Made by a program: the position numbers and the translations under genes | Assembly (NCBI GenBank): GCA_041651415.1 | Contig: JBAZJH010000001.1 | Span: forward strand, 151,713-215,712 | Length of the DNA: 64,000 nt | DNA from: Minisyncoccota bacterium | GTDB lineage: Bacteria; Patescibacteriota; Minisyncoccia; UBA6257; XYB1-36-10 | Direction: 5' to 3' | Notes under the pieces: model-generated | Database searches by the model: none | What the model saw: the letters and a program-made list of their open reading frames with translations, nothing else | What the model was told of the DNA's origin: nothing | Part shown: positions 26,934-35,635 of the stretch, piece by piece | Layout of the letters: each line of letters starts with the position of its first letter | Position numbering within the stretch: the first letter of the stretch is position 1

Positions 26934-27490
26934 ATGCCAAAGTACCAAACCAAAACCACGGCCGTAAGGCCGTGGATTCGTAGGGCATATCCAGTATCTT
27001 CTTTTTCGCCCATGATATCATAAAGAGGATGAAATATTACCGCCAAGCCCATGTGGTCTACCATAATGAATACCATATCGTTTGGATACCAAGATTCAGA
27101 AGAAAAATACTGGTTCCAGGAGTGGCAGAGTATCTCAAAAAGAAAATAATGGAGGTCGGAAAGGTTTATCCAGACTTGGTTTGTTTGGAACAAAATATCC
27201 AACCGGACCATGTCCACCTCTTAATGCAGATTCCTCCTCGCATGAGCGTAAGCAGAGCTGTGAATATTTTAAAATCAAACACAAGTTCCGCTCTCAAAAA
27301 ACAATTCAAATTCCTCAAAAATGTCTACTTAGATGAAGCTGGAATCTGGTCGGTTGGATATTTTGTTTCTACCGTAGGCGTAAACGAAGCCGTCATCAGA
27401 AGATATATACAGATGCAAGAAAAAGAAGATACTGGACAAGCGAAGCTTGCTATATGAAGAAACCACGGCCGTAAGGCCGTGGAGTTTCAT
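26934..27490 (+). mobile_element. IS200-type insertion sequence (IS200/IS605 family, tnpA only)
   Basis: Identical subterminal hairpins CCACGGCCGTAAGGCCGTGG at 26956-26975 and 27463-27482; right end GAGTTTCAT; preceded by TTTAT; left boundary approximate. Confidence 0.9.
27029..27457 (+). CDS. tnpA: Y1 HUH transposase TnpA
   Basis: YHIVWIPRFRR, DHVHLL (HUH), WSVGYFVSTVG, RRYIQMQ (catalytic Tyr). Confidence 0.97.
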   Translation: MKYYRQAHVVYHNEYHIVWIPRFRRKILVPGVAEYLKKKIMEVGKVYPDLVCLEQNIQPDHVHLLMQIPPRMSVSRAVNILKSNTSSALKKQFKFLKNVYLDEAGIWSVGYFVSTVGVNEAVIRRYIQMQEKEDTGQAKLAI

Positions 27491-27805
27491 TTTTTAAAAA
27501 ATGAATTTGGATTTTGTTTGTTCCGCTTTCGGAATAAATGTTTCGAAAGCGGATTGATAAATTTTAAAAAACAAAACAAGTTAAATTAAAATTTAATTAT
27601 TTTAAAAAGTATCAAAAAAAGTTTCAAAATTAAAAAATAAAAAATATTTTTAAAAAAATTTCGCAAAAAAAGTTTTCCACATATTTTTTATTTCTAATTT
27701 GTTCTAAAATTAAGGTATAAGAAAATTTTTAATATTTTCTTCCCGCCAATGGAAAGGTGAAGTCAACTTTTTCATTAGTATTTTACAATTAAGTTTTTAT
27801 AAAAC

Positions 27806-27895
27806 ATGGCAGCTAAGAAAAGAAAAGCTACAAAAAAGAAGACAGCGAAAAGAAAGACCACAAAAAAGAAGACAGCGAAAAGAAAGAAGAGATAG
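27806..27895 (+). CDS. Protamine/histone-H1-like microprotein (MAAKKRKATKKKTAKRKTTKKKTAKRKKR)
   Basis: 29 aa, 18 K/R; 30-bp period internal repeat; A-rich start context; strong hairpin 27901-27931 right after stop. Confidence 0.75.
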   Translation: MAAKKRKATKKKTAKRKTTKKKTAKRKKR

Positions 27896-28019
27896 TCTTT
27901 AATCCCTCTCCGATAAAATCGGAGGGGGATTTGCTTTTTGGGGTTTAAGAATGAAAGTGAAGAGCGGAAGAGATTGTATTATTTATATATATAATTAAAG
28001 TTTGTATTTATCATAAAAA

Positions 28020-28340
28020 ATGAATATAAATATAACAGCGAAGAATTTGGAATTAACAGCTCCTTTGAAAGTCTTTATAGAGAAGAAACTTGAAAGTATA
28101 AGCAAATTAGTGGGAAAATGGGAAGAAAAGGGGGCGGTTGAGATTGATTTTGAGGTGGCAAGAACCACGAAACACCATCACAAAGGAGATGTTTTCTACG
28201 CGGAAGCCAATCTGAAGCTGGGAAGAAAGGAAATAATCAGAGCGGAAAGGAGTTCAAACGACATCAGAGAAGCAATAGATACAGTGAAAGACGTATTAAA
28301 AGAAGAAGTAAACAGATATAAGAAAAAGAAGGAGAGATAA
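28020..28340 (+). CDS. raiA: Ribosome hibernation factor HPF/RaiA (short form)
   Basis: MNINITAKNLELT..LK.FIEKK, HHHKGDVFYAEANL, DIREAID; upstream of secA. Confidence 0.93.
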   Translation: MNINITAKNLELTAPLKVFIEKKLESISKLVGKWEEKGAVEIDFEVARTTKHHHKGDVFYAEANLKLGRKEIIRAERSSNDIREAIDTVKDVLKEEVNRYKKKKER

Positions 28341-28344
28341 ACAA

Positions 28345-30963
28345 ATGAAAAATATTTTAAGTTATTTTTTTGACCCGATAAAAGAATTGAAGAAAACAGC
28401 GGAAGCGGTGAATAAGCTGGAGGCAGAAACGGAGAAACTTTCAATTTCGGAAATCAGAGAAAAAAGCGACAAATTAAAAGAAAGAGTAAAAGAAGGAGAA
28501 ACGCTCGACAGCATTTTGCCGGAAGCGTTCGCTCTTGCAAGAGAAACGGCAAAGAGAACGCTTTCGCAGCGCCATTTTGACGTTCAACTTATCGGCGGAA
28601 TGGTTTTACATAAGGGACAGATAGCGGAAATGATGACAGGAGAAGGAAAAACGCTTACCGCTACTCTGCCGATTTATTTAAACGCTTTAGCCGGAAAAGG
28701 CGCGCATGTCGTGACTGTAAACGAATATCTGGCAAAAAGAGATACGGTTTGGATGGGACAGATTTATCACGCTCTGGGACTTAGGACAGCATGCCTTATC
28801 CATGAAAGCGCGCTTTTATATGACCCGGATTTTAAAAAGAATGACGAGGAGAAAAAAGAGATGGACGAAGAAAGAGACAAAACCGGCTCTTTCCGAGTTT
28901 TTGAAGATTATCTTCGGCCAATTTCAAGAAAAGAAGCATATCTCGCCGACATCACTTACGGAACGAATCATGAATTCGGTTTTGATTATTTAAGAGACAA
29001 TTTGGCGCAAAGCAAGGAACAGCAAACGCAGAGAGATTTTTATTACGCCATTATCGACGAAGTGGACAGTATTTTAATAGACGAAGCGAGAACACCTTTG
29101 ATAATTTCGGCGCCGGACGCGGAATCAAGCGAATTTTATAAAAGATTTTCCAGAATCGCGGAAAATCTAAAAGAAGAAGAGGATTATGCGGTGGATGAAA
29201 AATTGAAATCGGTTTCCATAAACGATTCGGGAATAGAAAAAGTGGAAAGGGCTCTCAAAATTGATAATCTTTACGCTTCGGAAAATATGCGTTTGGTTCA
29301 TTATTTGGAAGAAAGTTTGAAAGCGAAAGCTTTATTTAAAAAAGACAGAAATTATGTGGTCAAAGAAGGAGAAATAATAATTGTGGACGAATTCACCGGA
29401 AGATTGATGCAAGGCAGAAGATACAGCGGCGGATTACATCAGGCAATAGAAGCAAAAGAAGGCGTGCAGGTGAAAGAAGAATCAAAAACTTTCGCCAAAA
29501 TTTCCATTCAAAATTATTTCAAGATGTATCCGAAAATAGCCGGCATGACGGGAACAGCCAAAACTTCGGCGGAAGAATTTGAAAAAGTTTACGGACTCTT
29601 GGTTATTTCCATTCCTCCCAACAAACAAGTGGCGAGAAAAGACCACCCGGACGCCATTTATAAAAACTTTGACGCCAAAATGAGAGCAGTGGCGAGAAAA
29701 GTGAAGGAGGCGGTAGAAAAAGGCCAGCCGGTTTTGGTCGGCACGACTTCCATAGAAAAAAATGAAATAGTTTCCGGTTATCTTTCAAAAGAAGGAGTGC
29801 GGCATGAAATTTTAAACGCCAAGAATCATGAACGGGAAGGAGAAATAATCGCGCAAGCGGGAAGAGCGGGAAGCGTGACGGTCGCCACCAATATGGCCGG
29901 ACGCGGAGTGGACATAGTGCTTGGAGGAAATCCGCCACTCCCGGAAAATTCAGAAAAAGTGAAAGAGGCGGGCGGACTTCTCGTTATCGGCACAGAAAGG
30001 CACGAGGCGCGGAGAATAGACAATCAGTTGCAAGGAAGAAGCGGACGGCAGGGAGACCCGGGAGAAAGCAGATTTTATCTTTCGCTCGACGACGACCTGC
30101 TTCGGGTGTTCGGCGGAGATAAAATAAAAGGCATCATGGAAAAATTCGATTTTCCGGAAGATGAGCCGATCGGGATGAAAATGATTTCAAGGTCAATCTT
30201 GCAGGCGCAAAAGCGGGTGGAAGGATTCAATTTTGACGCCAGAAAACATCTGTTGGAATACGACGATGTTTTAAACAAACAAAGACAGGCGGTTTATCGC
30301 TATCGGCAAAGCTTGCTTTCCCGAAACGGAGAAAAAGAAAAAAAAGAAATTCTTTTGGAAATTTTAAACGAACATATCGATGAACTTTATAAAATAACTT
30401 CCGGAAGGGGATTTGCGGAAGAAGATTTATCAGAAATGGAAAAGTTTCTGAAAAACACGGGAGCGATCAATGAAGAGGGCGTTTTAAAAATAAAAGAAAT
30501 TATGGAAAATCAAAATTTTTCTTTAAACGGAAAATTTGAAAATATCTTTGAATATCTGAGGGAAAACATAGAAAAAAGAGCGGAAGAAATTGCCGGAGAC
30601 CAGTTTTTGAAGCAAAGGATTTTGTCTATTTTTGATATGCTCTGGATGAATCATTTGGAAGATATGGAGGCCTTGAGCGAATCAGTGCGGCTTAGAGCTT
30701 ATGGCCAGCATGACCCGCTTGTGGAATACAGGAGAGAAGGGCATGTTTTATTCGATAATTTATTTAAGAATTTTCGAGGATGGATTTTTGAAAACATTTT
30801 CAGGCTTTCAGCTCGAGCGAGCGGAGAAAAAAATCCTTCGGCTGAAACGGCAATAAATAATACTATTAAAATAAATACGGACCCAAAATATAAGGATACG
30901 GGAAGAAACGACCCATGCCCTTGCGGAAGCGGAAAAAAATATAAGAAATGTCACGGGAAATAG
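28345..30963 (+). CDS. secA: Preprotein translocase ATPase SecA
   Basis: EMMTGEGKT, DEVDSILIDEART, ATNMAGRGVDI, GRQGDPG, C-terminal SEC-C GRNDPCPCGSGKKYKKCHG. Confidence 0.98.
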   Translation: MKNILSYFFDPIKELKKTAEAVNKLEAETEKLSISEIREKSDKLKERVKEGETLDSILPEAFALARETAKRTLSQRHFDVQLIGGMVLHKGQIAEMMTGEGKTLTATLPIYLNALAGKGAHVVTVNEYLAKRDTVWMGQIYHALGLRTACLIHESALLYDPDFKKNDEEKKEMDEERDKTGSFRVFEDYLRPISRKEAYLADITYGTNHEFGFDYLRDNLAQSKEQQTQRDFYYAIIDEVDSILIDEARTPLIISAPDAESSEFYKRFSRIAENLKEEEDYAVDEKLKSVSINDSGIEKVERALKIDNLYASENMRLVHYLEESLKAKALFKKDRNYVVKEGEIIIVDEFTGRLMQGRRYSGGLHQAIEAKEGVQVKEESKTFAKISIQNYFKMYPKIAGMTGTAKTSAEEFEKVYGLLVISIPPNKQVARKDHPDAIYKNFDAKMRAVARKVKEAVEKGQPVLVGTTSIEKNEIVSGYLSKEGVRHEILNAKNHEREGEIIAQAGRAGSVTVATNMAGRGVDIVLGGNPPLPENSEKVKEAGGLLVIGTERHEARRIDNQLQGRSGRQGDPGESRFYLSLDDDLLRVFGGDKIKGIMEKFDFPEDEPIGMKMISRSILQAQKRVEGFNFDARKHLLEYDDVLNKQRQAVYRYRQSLLSRNGEKEKKEILLEILNEHIDELYKITSGRGFAEEDLSEMEKFLKNTGAINEEGVLKIKEIMENQNFSLNGKFENIFEYLRENIEKRAEEIAGDQFLKQRILSIFDMLWMNHLEDMEALSESVRLRAYGQHDPLVEYRREGHVLFDNLFKNFRGWIFENIFRLSARASGEKNPSAETAINNTIKINTDPKYKDTGRNDPCPCGSGKKYKKCHGK

Positions 30964-30966
30964 AAT

Positions 30967-31455
30967 ATGGAATATCTAAAAGATCAAAAAGAAAAAGAAG
31001 CGATTCAATGGATGAATAAAGCCGCAGAGATTGCTAAAAAGGCTCTATGCCTTAAGGCAAAATGTGGTACAGTCATCGTAAAAGATGGTGAGATAATTGG
31101 AGAGGGATATAATTCTCCGCCATTGGATCAAGAGGAAAATCGAACATGCAATACAGAATTTGGCCTTGGCAAACCAAAATACGATCGAACATGTTGTATG
31201 CACGCCGAGTGGCGAGCAATCATGGATGCATCACGGCAAAATCCAGAAAAGATAAAAGGATCAAAACTTTATTTTACAAGAGTAGATGAGAATGGAAAAA
31301 TCAAGAAGTCGGGTAAACCATATTGTACGGTATGCAGCCGTATGGCATTGGACGCAGGAATTGAGAAATTCGTATTGTGGCACGAAGAAGGGGTTTGTGA
31401 ATATCCGACGGATGAATATAACCGATTTTCATATCAATATATTCATGTGGAGTAG
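30967..31455 (+). CDS. Zn-dependent cytidine/dCMP deaminase-family protein
   Basis: GEGYN, HAE, PYCTVC motifs. Confidence 0.9.
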   Translation: MEYLKDQKEKEAIQWMNKAAEIAKKALCLKAKCGTVIVKDGEIIGEGYNSPPLDQEENRTCNTEFGLGKPKYDRTCCMHAEWRAIMDASRQNPEKIKGSKLYFTRVDENGKIKKSGKPYCTVCSRMALDAGIEKFVLWHEEGVCEYPTDEYNRFSYQYIHVE

Positions 31456-31487
31456 GAAATAAACACAAGAAATGCCATGGGGCGTAG
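31446..31487 (+). pseudogene. Duplicated/relict secA 3' end (CGVGNKHKKCHGA*)
   Basis: Colinear with secA 30922-30963 (CGSGKKYKKCHGK*), ending in the same TAG. Confidence 0.8.
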
Positions 31488-31490
31488 GAA

Positions 31491-31624
31491 ATGAAACTCC
31501 ACGGCCTTACGGCCGTAGAATCTTCAAGTTTCACCCCGCCAAAGGCGGGGTTAATTAAATCTTTACCGCTTCAAACTCCTTAGCTAACGCGCGAGATTTT
31601 CTTTTCGCGGAGATTTAATAAAAA
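31491..31624 (-). mobile_element. Non-autonomous IS200/IS605-end element (copy E1)
   Basis: First 26 nt are the exact reverse complement of the IS200 right end; body shared with four other copies. Confidence 0.85.
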
Positions 31625-31634
31625 GAAACCGCTT

Positions 31635-31847
31635 TTAAACGGTTTCTTGTAAAACTTCTCTTAATCTCCACCTTGTTTTTCCGCCACGACCACCAAGACA
31701 CTCGACTTGTTGAGAAAGAGCGCCTAGACTCTGTGAAACTCCATTTGCGGGCAGATTAACCTTTTGAGCTATCTGCAAAGTAGTAGCTTCTCCTCCTAAT
31801 TCCTCTAATGCTGTTAAAATAGTTCTCTGTCTTTTCTTAAGCGTCAT
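31635..31847 (-). CDS. Small winged-helix protein (ORFan cassette)
   Basis: ILTALEELGGEATTLQIAQKVNLPANGVSQSLGAL HTH; AAAAGGAGG SD; flanked by 22-bp direct repeats. Confidence 0.75.
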   Translation of the reverse strand: MTLKKRQRTILTALEELGGEATTLQIAQKVNLPANGVSQSLGALSQQVECLGGRGGKTRWRLREVLQETV

Positions 31848-31980
31848 ATCGCGCCTCCTTTTAGATATAAAATACTATAGTTAAAATACCAAATTATTAT
31901 GGTAAATGTAAAATAAAATCATTTCGCGGAGATTTAATAAAAAAGTGCTTTGGAAAATAGAAAATGATAAAATAAATTTT

Positions 31981-32475
31981 ATGGAAACAAATAATCAATA
32001 TCTTCATGAGGTGGCGATTACGGCGATAATCGTAAAAGACGGAAAATATTTGATTACAAGGCGGGCGGCGAATAAGAAAAGATTCCCGGGGATGTGGACT
32101 GTGCCGGGAGGAAAAATGGAAACGAGCGATTATTTGAAACTGCCGAAAGACACCGAATTTTATTGGTACAACGTTTTAGAGAGGACACTCAGAAGAGAAA
32201 TAAAAGAAGAAGTGGGGATTGAAATAGACAATATCGAATATATAACCAGTCTTGCAACGGTTCATAATGACGGAAGTCCATCACTCGTAATTTCCTGCGC
32301 GGCGGATTATGTTTTGGGAGAAGTGAAGCTTCAATTGGAAGAGAACGATGAGTTTGCTTGGGTTAGCTTAGAAGAAGCAAAAAATTACAAACTTTTGGAC
32401 GGAATTTTTGATGAGATGGCGATGGTGGAAAAAAAGAGAAAAGGAAAAAAAGAAGAGTGGAGAAGGTTTAACTGA
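31981..32475 (+). CDS. NUDIX hydrolase
   Basis: PGMWTVPGGKME...RREIKEEVG Nudix box with insertion. Confidence 0.9.
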   Translation: METNNQYLHEVAITAIIVKDGKYLITRRAANKKRFPGMWTVPGGKMETSDYLKLPKDTEFYWYNVLERTLRREIKEEVGIEIDNIEYITSLATVHNDGSPSLVISCAADYVLGEVKLQLEENDEFAWVSLEEAKNYKLLDGIFDEMAMVEKKRKGKKEEWRRFN

Positions 32476-32487
32476 ATATAAGACTCC

Positions 32488-32605
32488 AGCTGACGCACGG
32501 GGTTTTGCGGAGATTTAAACGAAACTCAATTTTGAGTTTCACCCCGCCTACGACGGGGTTTTATTAAATCTTAGCCGTAGAAACCTTGCGCTAACGCGCA
32601 ATGTT
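32488..32605 (-). mobile_element. Degenerate copies of the non-autonomous element (E2, two abutting fragments)
   Basis: GGGGTTTTGCGGAGATTTAA fragment followed by GAGTTTCACCCCG..CGGGGTTTTATTAAATCTT...GCTAACGCGC. Confidence 0.75.
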
Positions 32606-32708
32606 TTTTTAGCGTTATTTTGAAAAAAAGTCAAAAGTGAAACTTTTTTTACTTTTTTGCGTATTATTATATAGCACTTGCTAAAACCATATCCCATAGG
32701 AGGCGAAG

Positions 32709-33185
32709 ATGATTTCTTTTTCGCTAATGTTGGCAATTCTTTTTTCCGGTTCTATCTCAGGAGAAGAGAAAGGTACTTTACCCTCTTGCTTTTCCGTTCA
32801 GTCAAAGACTGGATGGCGGGAAGACACGAAGGTAAACTTAACCGAAAAGTCGCTGAAATACGCATTTTTTTTGCGTGATACGGCGATGAAAGAGGGATTA
32901 GGGGAGAAAGACCTCATATTATTAGGGAAAGCCGCCGAAACGGAAAGCGGTTGGAAACAATATGATGAGAATGGGAATGTTTTGCGCGGAGAAAATAATC
33001 CGCGAGTAGTGGGGATTTTTCAGATTTGTGAGGATTCTCATAAAAGAGAAGCGAAAAAAATGGGATTGGATATAATGACCCCAAAAGGAAACATTAAATA
33101 TGCGGTTTTTCTTTATAAAAAGGAGAGGCTTCGGCCTTGGAGGACAAACCGGAAATTAATGAATTTCATCAGAAATTTGGGGTAG
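32709..33185 (+). CDS. Lytic transglycosylase (SLT-like) domain protein
   Basis: AETESGWKQ (catalytic ES), VGIFQI, NIKYA..LY, PW; AGGAGG SD; terminator ~33195-33225. Confidence 0.7.
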   Translation: MISFSLMLAILFSGSISGEEKGTLPSCFSVQSKTGWREDTKVNLTEKSLKYAFFLRDTAMKEGLGEKDLILLGKAAETESGWKQYDENGNVLRGENNPRVVGIFQICEDSHKREAKKMGLDIMTPKGNIKYAVFLYKKERLRPWRTNRKLMNFIRNLG

Positions 33186-33296
33186 ATATTCCAAAGCTCC
33201 GATTTTAAAAATCGGGGCTTTTTTTATAAACAGGTTTCTGATAAAATAAAAGCAGAATTCGAACTTTAACAAAAAAAGAAAGGCGAGGAGGTTTCT

Positions 33297-33842
33297 ATGG
33301 TTGACCTTCTAAAAAACGAAATAGAAAAAGAGTTTTGCCAAAATTGCCAAGGGATTTTAGAAGAAGAGGAGGTTTTTGAAGGTACAGGCGGTGAGCGCAT
33401 TTGTAAATCATGCTGGGCAACTTTAAAGTTGAAAATAGAAAAATCCAAGGAGGAAGGAAAGAAGAAGATGGATTTTTCTTGTAGATCTATAGAATTCAGG
33501 ACTCATTTTTGTGCCAAAGGACAAGGTTTCAATCTATCTGTTAAAAGCGGAGAGATTCTTGATAAGAATGGGAACTTACTACCGGAAAATAAAATCTGTT
33601 TTTTTGTAGATATTTCTAAAAACGGATTCTATAAAGAGTTGGAAGGAAAAAAGGGAGAAAAAGAAATTACGGTAACCTCGACTTTTCTACATAAAGGAGA
33701 ACAATATTTTTATAGATTAAAAATCCCGATCAAGACAGATGAAAATGGAAATTTTCTCGAATTAGGAGCAGAAGATGATTTCAAAAAAACAATTCTGCCT
33801 TCCAGAGAATTTATCAAACAAAAATTGTTTTTTGATAAATGA
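33297..33842 (+). CDS. Hypothetical protein with N-terminal CxxC..CxxC zinc finger (ORFan cassette)
   Basis: CQNC...CKSC; GAGGAGG SD; boxA-like GAACTTTAACA upstream. Confidence 0.7.
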   Translation: MVDLLKNEIEKEFCQNCQGILEEEEVFEGTGGERICKSCWATLKLKIEKSKEEGKKKMDFSCRSIEFRTHFCAKGQGFNLSVKSGEILDKNGNLLPENKICFFVDISKNGFYKELEGKKGEKEITVTSTFLHKGEQYFYRLKIPIKTDENGNFLELGAEDDFKKTILPSREFIKQKLFFDK

Positions 33843-33860
33843 ACAAATGACGGCTTTGCC

Positions 33861-34961
33861 TTATAAGGCAAAGCCGTTTATTTTTTTTAAAATTTCAGAT
33901 TTGAAATTATCTTTGCTGAATTTTTCGGCGGTTTTGGATAAAAAATGAGAATCGAATCTGGCTTCCGGAAGGCGGCCAATTGCTTCAATAATAGCTTCCG
34001 GAGTTTGTTCTTTAATAAAAAATCCATTGACGCCTTCTTCTATAATATCGGAAGAACCGCCAATGTTATAAGCGATAACCGGAGTGCCGCAAGCAATAGC
34101 TTCCGCGGCCACCAATCCGAAATCTTCTACTTGAGGGAAAATAAAAGCTTTAGCATTGCCATACATAGCGCGCATTTCATTATCAGTCATCAGAGCGGTG
34201 ATAAAATGCGTGTTTTTGGAAGTATTCAATTTAATCAGATTTTTTAGTTCCGGACCGCGGCCGACAATTTTTAAGGGAAGCTTAAGTTCATTAAAAGCCT
34301 GAATAACAATATCGAATTTTTTATAGTGCATCAGACGTCCGGCAGCCAAAAAATATTGGCGGTTTTTATAAAGATTCTCCGGATAAAAAACGTTCAAATC
34401 AACCGGCGGAAAAATAATTTCCGATTCTCTTTGATAATATTCCCGAATTTTGCCGGAAATGTATTTGGAAAGAGTAATGATTTCATCCGGTTTTTGTCCG
34501 GCTTCCATATCCCATTTTTTTAAATAAGAAACAAAAGGAGAAAGAATGGGCTTGAGAAGGCCGTAATTGCTGCCAAATTTTCCTTTTAAAAAATTATCCG
34601 ACTCCCAAGCATAACGAAGAGGCGTGAAACAATAAGAAAGATGGTAGCTGTTCTTATAAGTAATGCCTTTGGAGTAGCCGGCGCCGATAGAGATAATCAA
34701 ATCATAATTGTTGCCAAGGTTCAGACTTTCCGCCGCTTTCGGCATTAAAGGGATAAAAAGGCGATGATTGTCAATGACTATTTTTTTGTCTAAAAAAGAA
34801 GTTTTTTTAATTCTTTCTTTGGGGATGCGGCCAAAAGTTTTGTTTCGGTCAAAAAAAAGAGTAAAAAGGTCGGCTTTCGGAAAAATCTCCAGAAAATTTC
34901 CCAAAACTCTTTCACCGCCTCCATATTGGTTTAAATAATCATAAGAAAGAGCGATTCTCAT
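33861..34961 (-). CDS. Glycosyltransferase family 4
   Basis: DYLNQYGGGERV, EDFGLVAAEAIACGTPVIA. Confidence 0.92.
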   Translation of the reverse strand: MRIALSYDYLNQYGGGERVLGNFLEIFPKADLFTLFFDRNKTFGRIPKERIKKTSFLDKKIVIDNHRLFIPLMPKAAESLNLGNNYDLIISIGAGYSKGITYKNSYHLSYCFTPLRYAWESDNFLKGKFGSNYGLLKPILSPFVSYLKKWDMEAGQKPDEIITLSKYISGKIREYYQRESEIIFPPVDLNVFYPENLYKNRQYFLAAGRLMHYKKFDIVIQAFNELKLPLKIVGRGPELKNLIKLNTSKNTHFITALMTDNEMRAMYGNAKAFIFPQVEDFGLVAAEAIACGTPVIAYNIGGSSDIIEEGVNGFFIKEQTPEAIIEAIGRLPEARFDSHFLSKTAEKFSKDNFKSEILKKINGFAL

Positions 34962-35027
34962 TAATGGCATTATAGCTTTTTTGCCGATTTTCTGAAAATT
35001 TTCCGCCAATAAGGTATAATCTTAAAA

Positions 35028-35627
35028 ATGAAATACGATTTTTCGAAAAGAGCGATGGATTTGGTGATATTTTTTTTGGTTTTGCCTTTTTTTGTTTTAA
35101 TTCTTCCTTTTGTAGCTTTAGCAATAAAAGCGGAAAGCAGAGGCCCGGTCTTTTTTAAAGCAAGAAGAGTAAGCAAGGGAAGGGCGGTAACGATTTATAA
35201 GTTTCGAACAATGGCTTTGGGAGCGGAAGAAAAGAAAAAAGAATTAAATCATCTAAACGAAAGAAAAGACGGTCCTTTTTTTAAAATATCCAAAGACCCG
35301 AGAGTAACAAAAATCGGGCGGATACTTCGAAAATTTTGGATAGACGAAACGCCGCAAATTTTTAACGTTTTAAAAGGCGAAATTTCTTTTGTCGGGCCAA
35401 GACCGTATGAACCGGAAGAAATGGAAAAATATCCGGAAGAATACAGATTTTTGAAAAATGAGAAAGCGGGGATAACCGGACTTTCTCAAATAAAAGGTTC
35501 CTCCAATCTGCCTTTTTTAGAAGTTTTGAAATATGACGCTTATTACGCACGGCATAAAAGTTTAGGGCTGGATTTAAAAATCCTTTTTAAAACATTCCTG
35601 CTTCTTTTTGACCCTTCCGGAGTTTAA
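35028..35627 (+). CDS. Bacterial sugar (phosphoglycosyl) transferase
   Basis: KRAMD, YKFRTM, DPRVT, DETPQ, VGPRP, GITGLSQ. Confidence 0.93.
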   Translation: MKYDFSKRAMDLVIFFLVLPFFVLILPFVALAIKAESRGPVFFKARRVSKGRAVTIYKFRTMALGAEEKKKELNHLNERKDGPFFKISKDPRVTKIGRILRKFWIDETPQIFNVLKGEISFVGPRPYEPEEMEKYPEEYRFLKNEKAGITGLSQIKGSSNLPFLEVLKYDAYYARHKSLGLDLKILFKTFLLLFDPSGV

Positions 35628-35635
35628 AGATTCTA

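Noticed and set aside
26930-27336. Alternative ORFs over the IS (26930-27217 minus, 27082-27336 plus) or a tnpB
   Set aside because: Shadows of tnpA; no RuvC/TnpB ORF is present within the element ends
27491-27800. oriC candidate (very AT-rich)
   Set aside because: Only one DnaA box and no dnaA/dnaN nearby; better explained as the promoter region of the basic microprotein
30960-33850. Classical integron cassette array
   Set aside because: No intI and no convincing RYYYAAC...GTTRRRY attC boxes; genes are in mixed orientation with their own promoters
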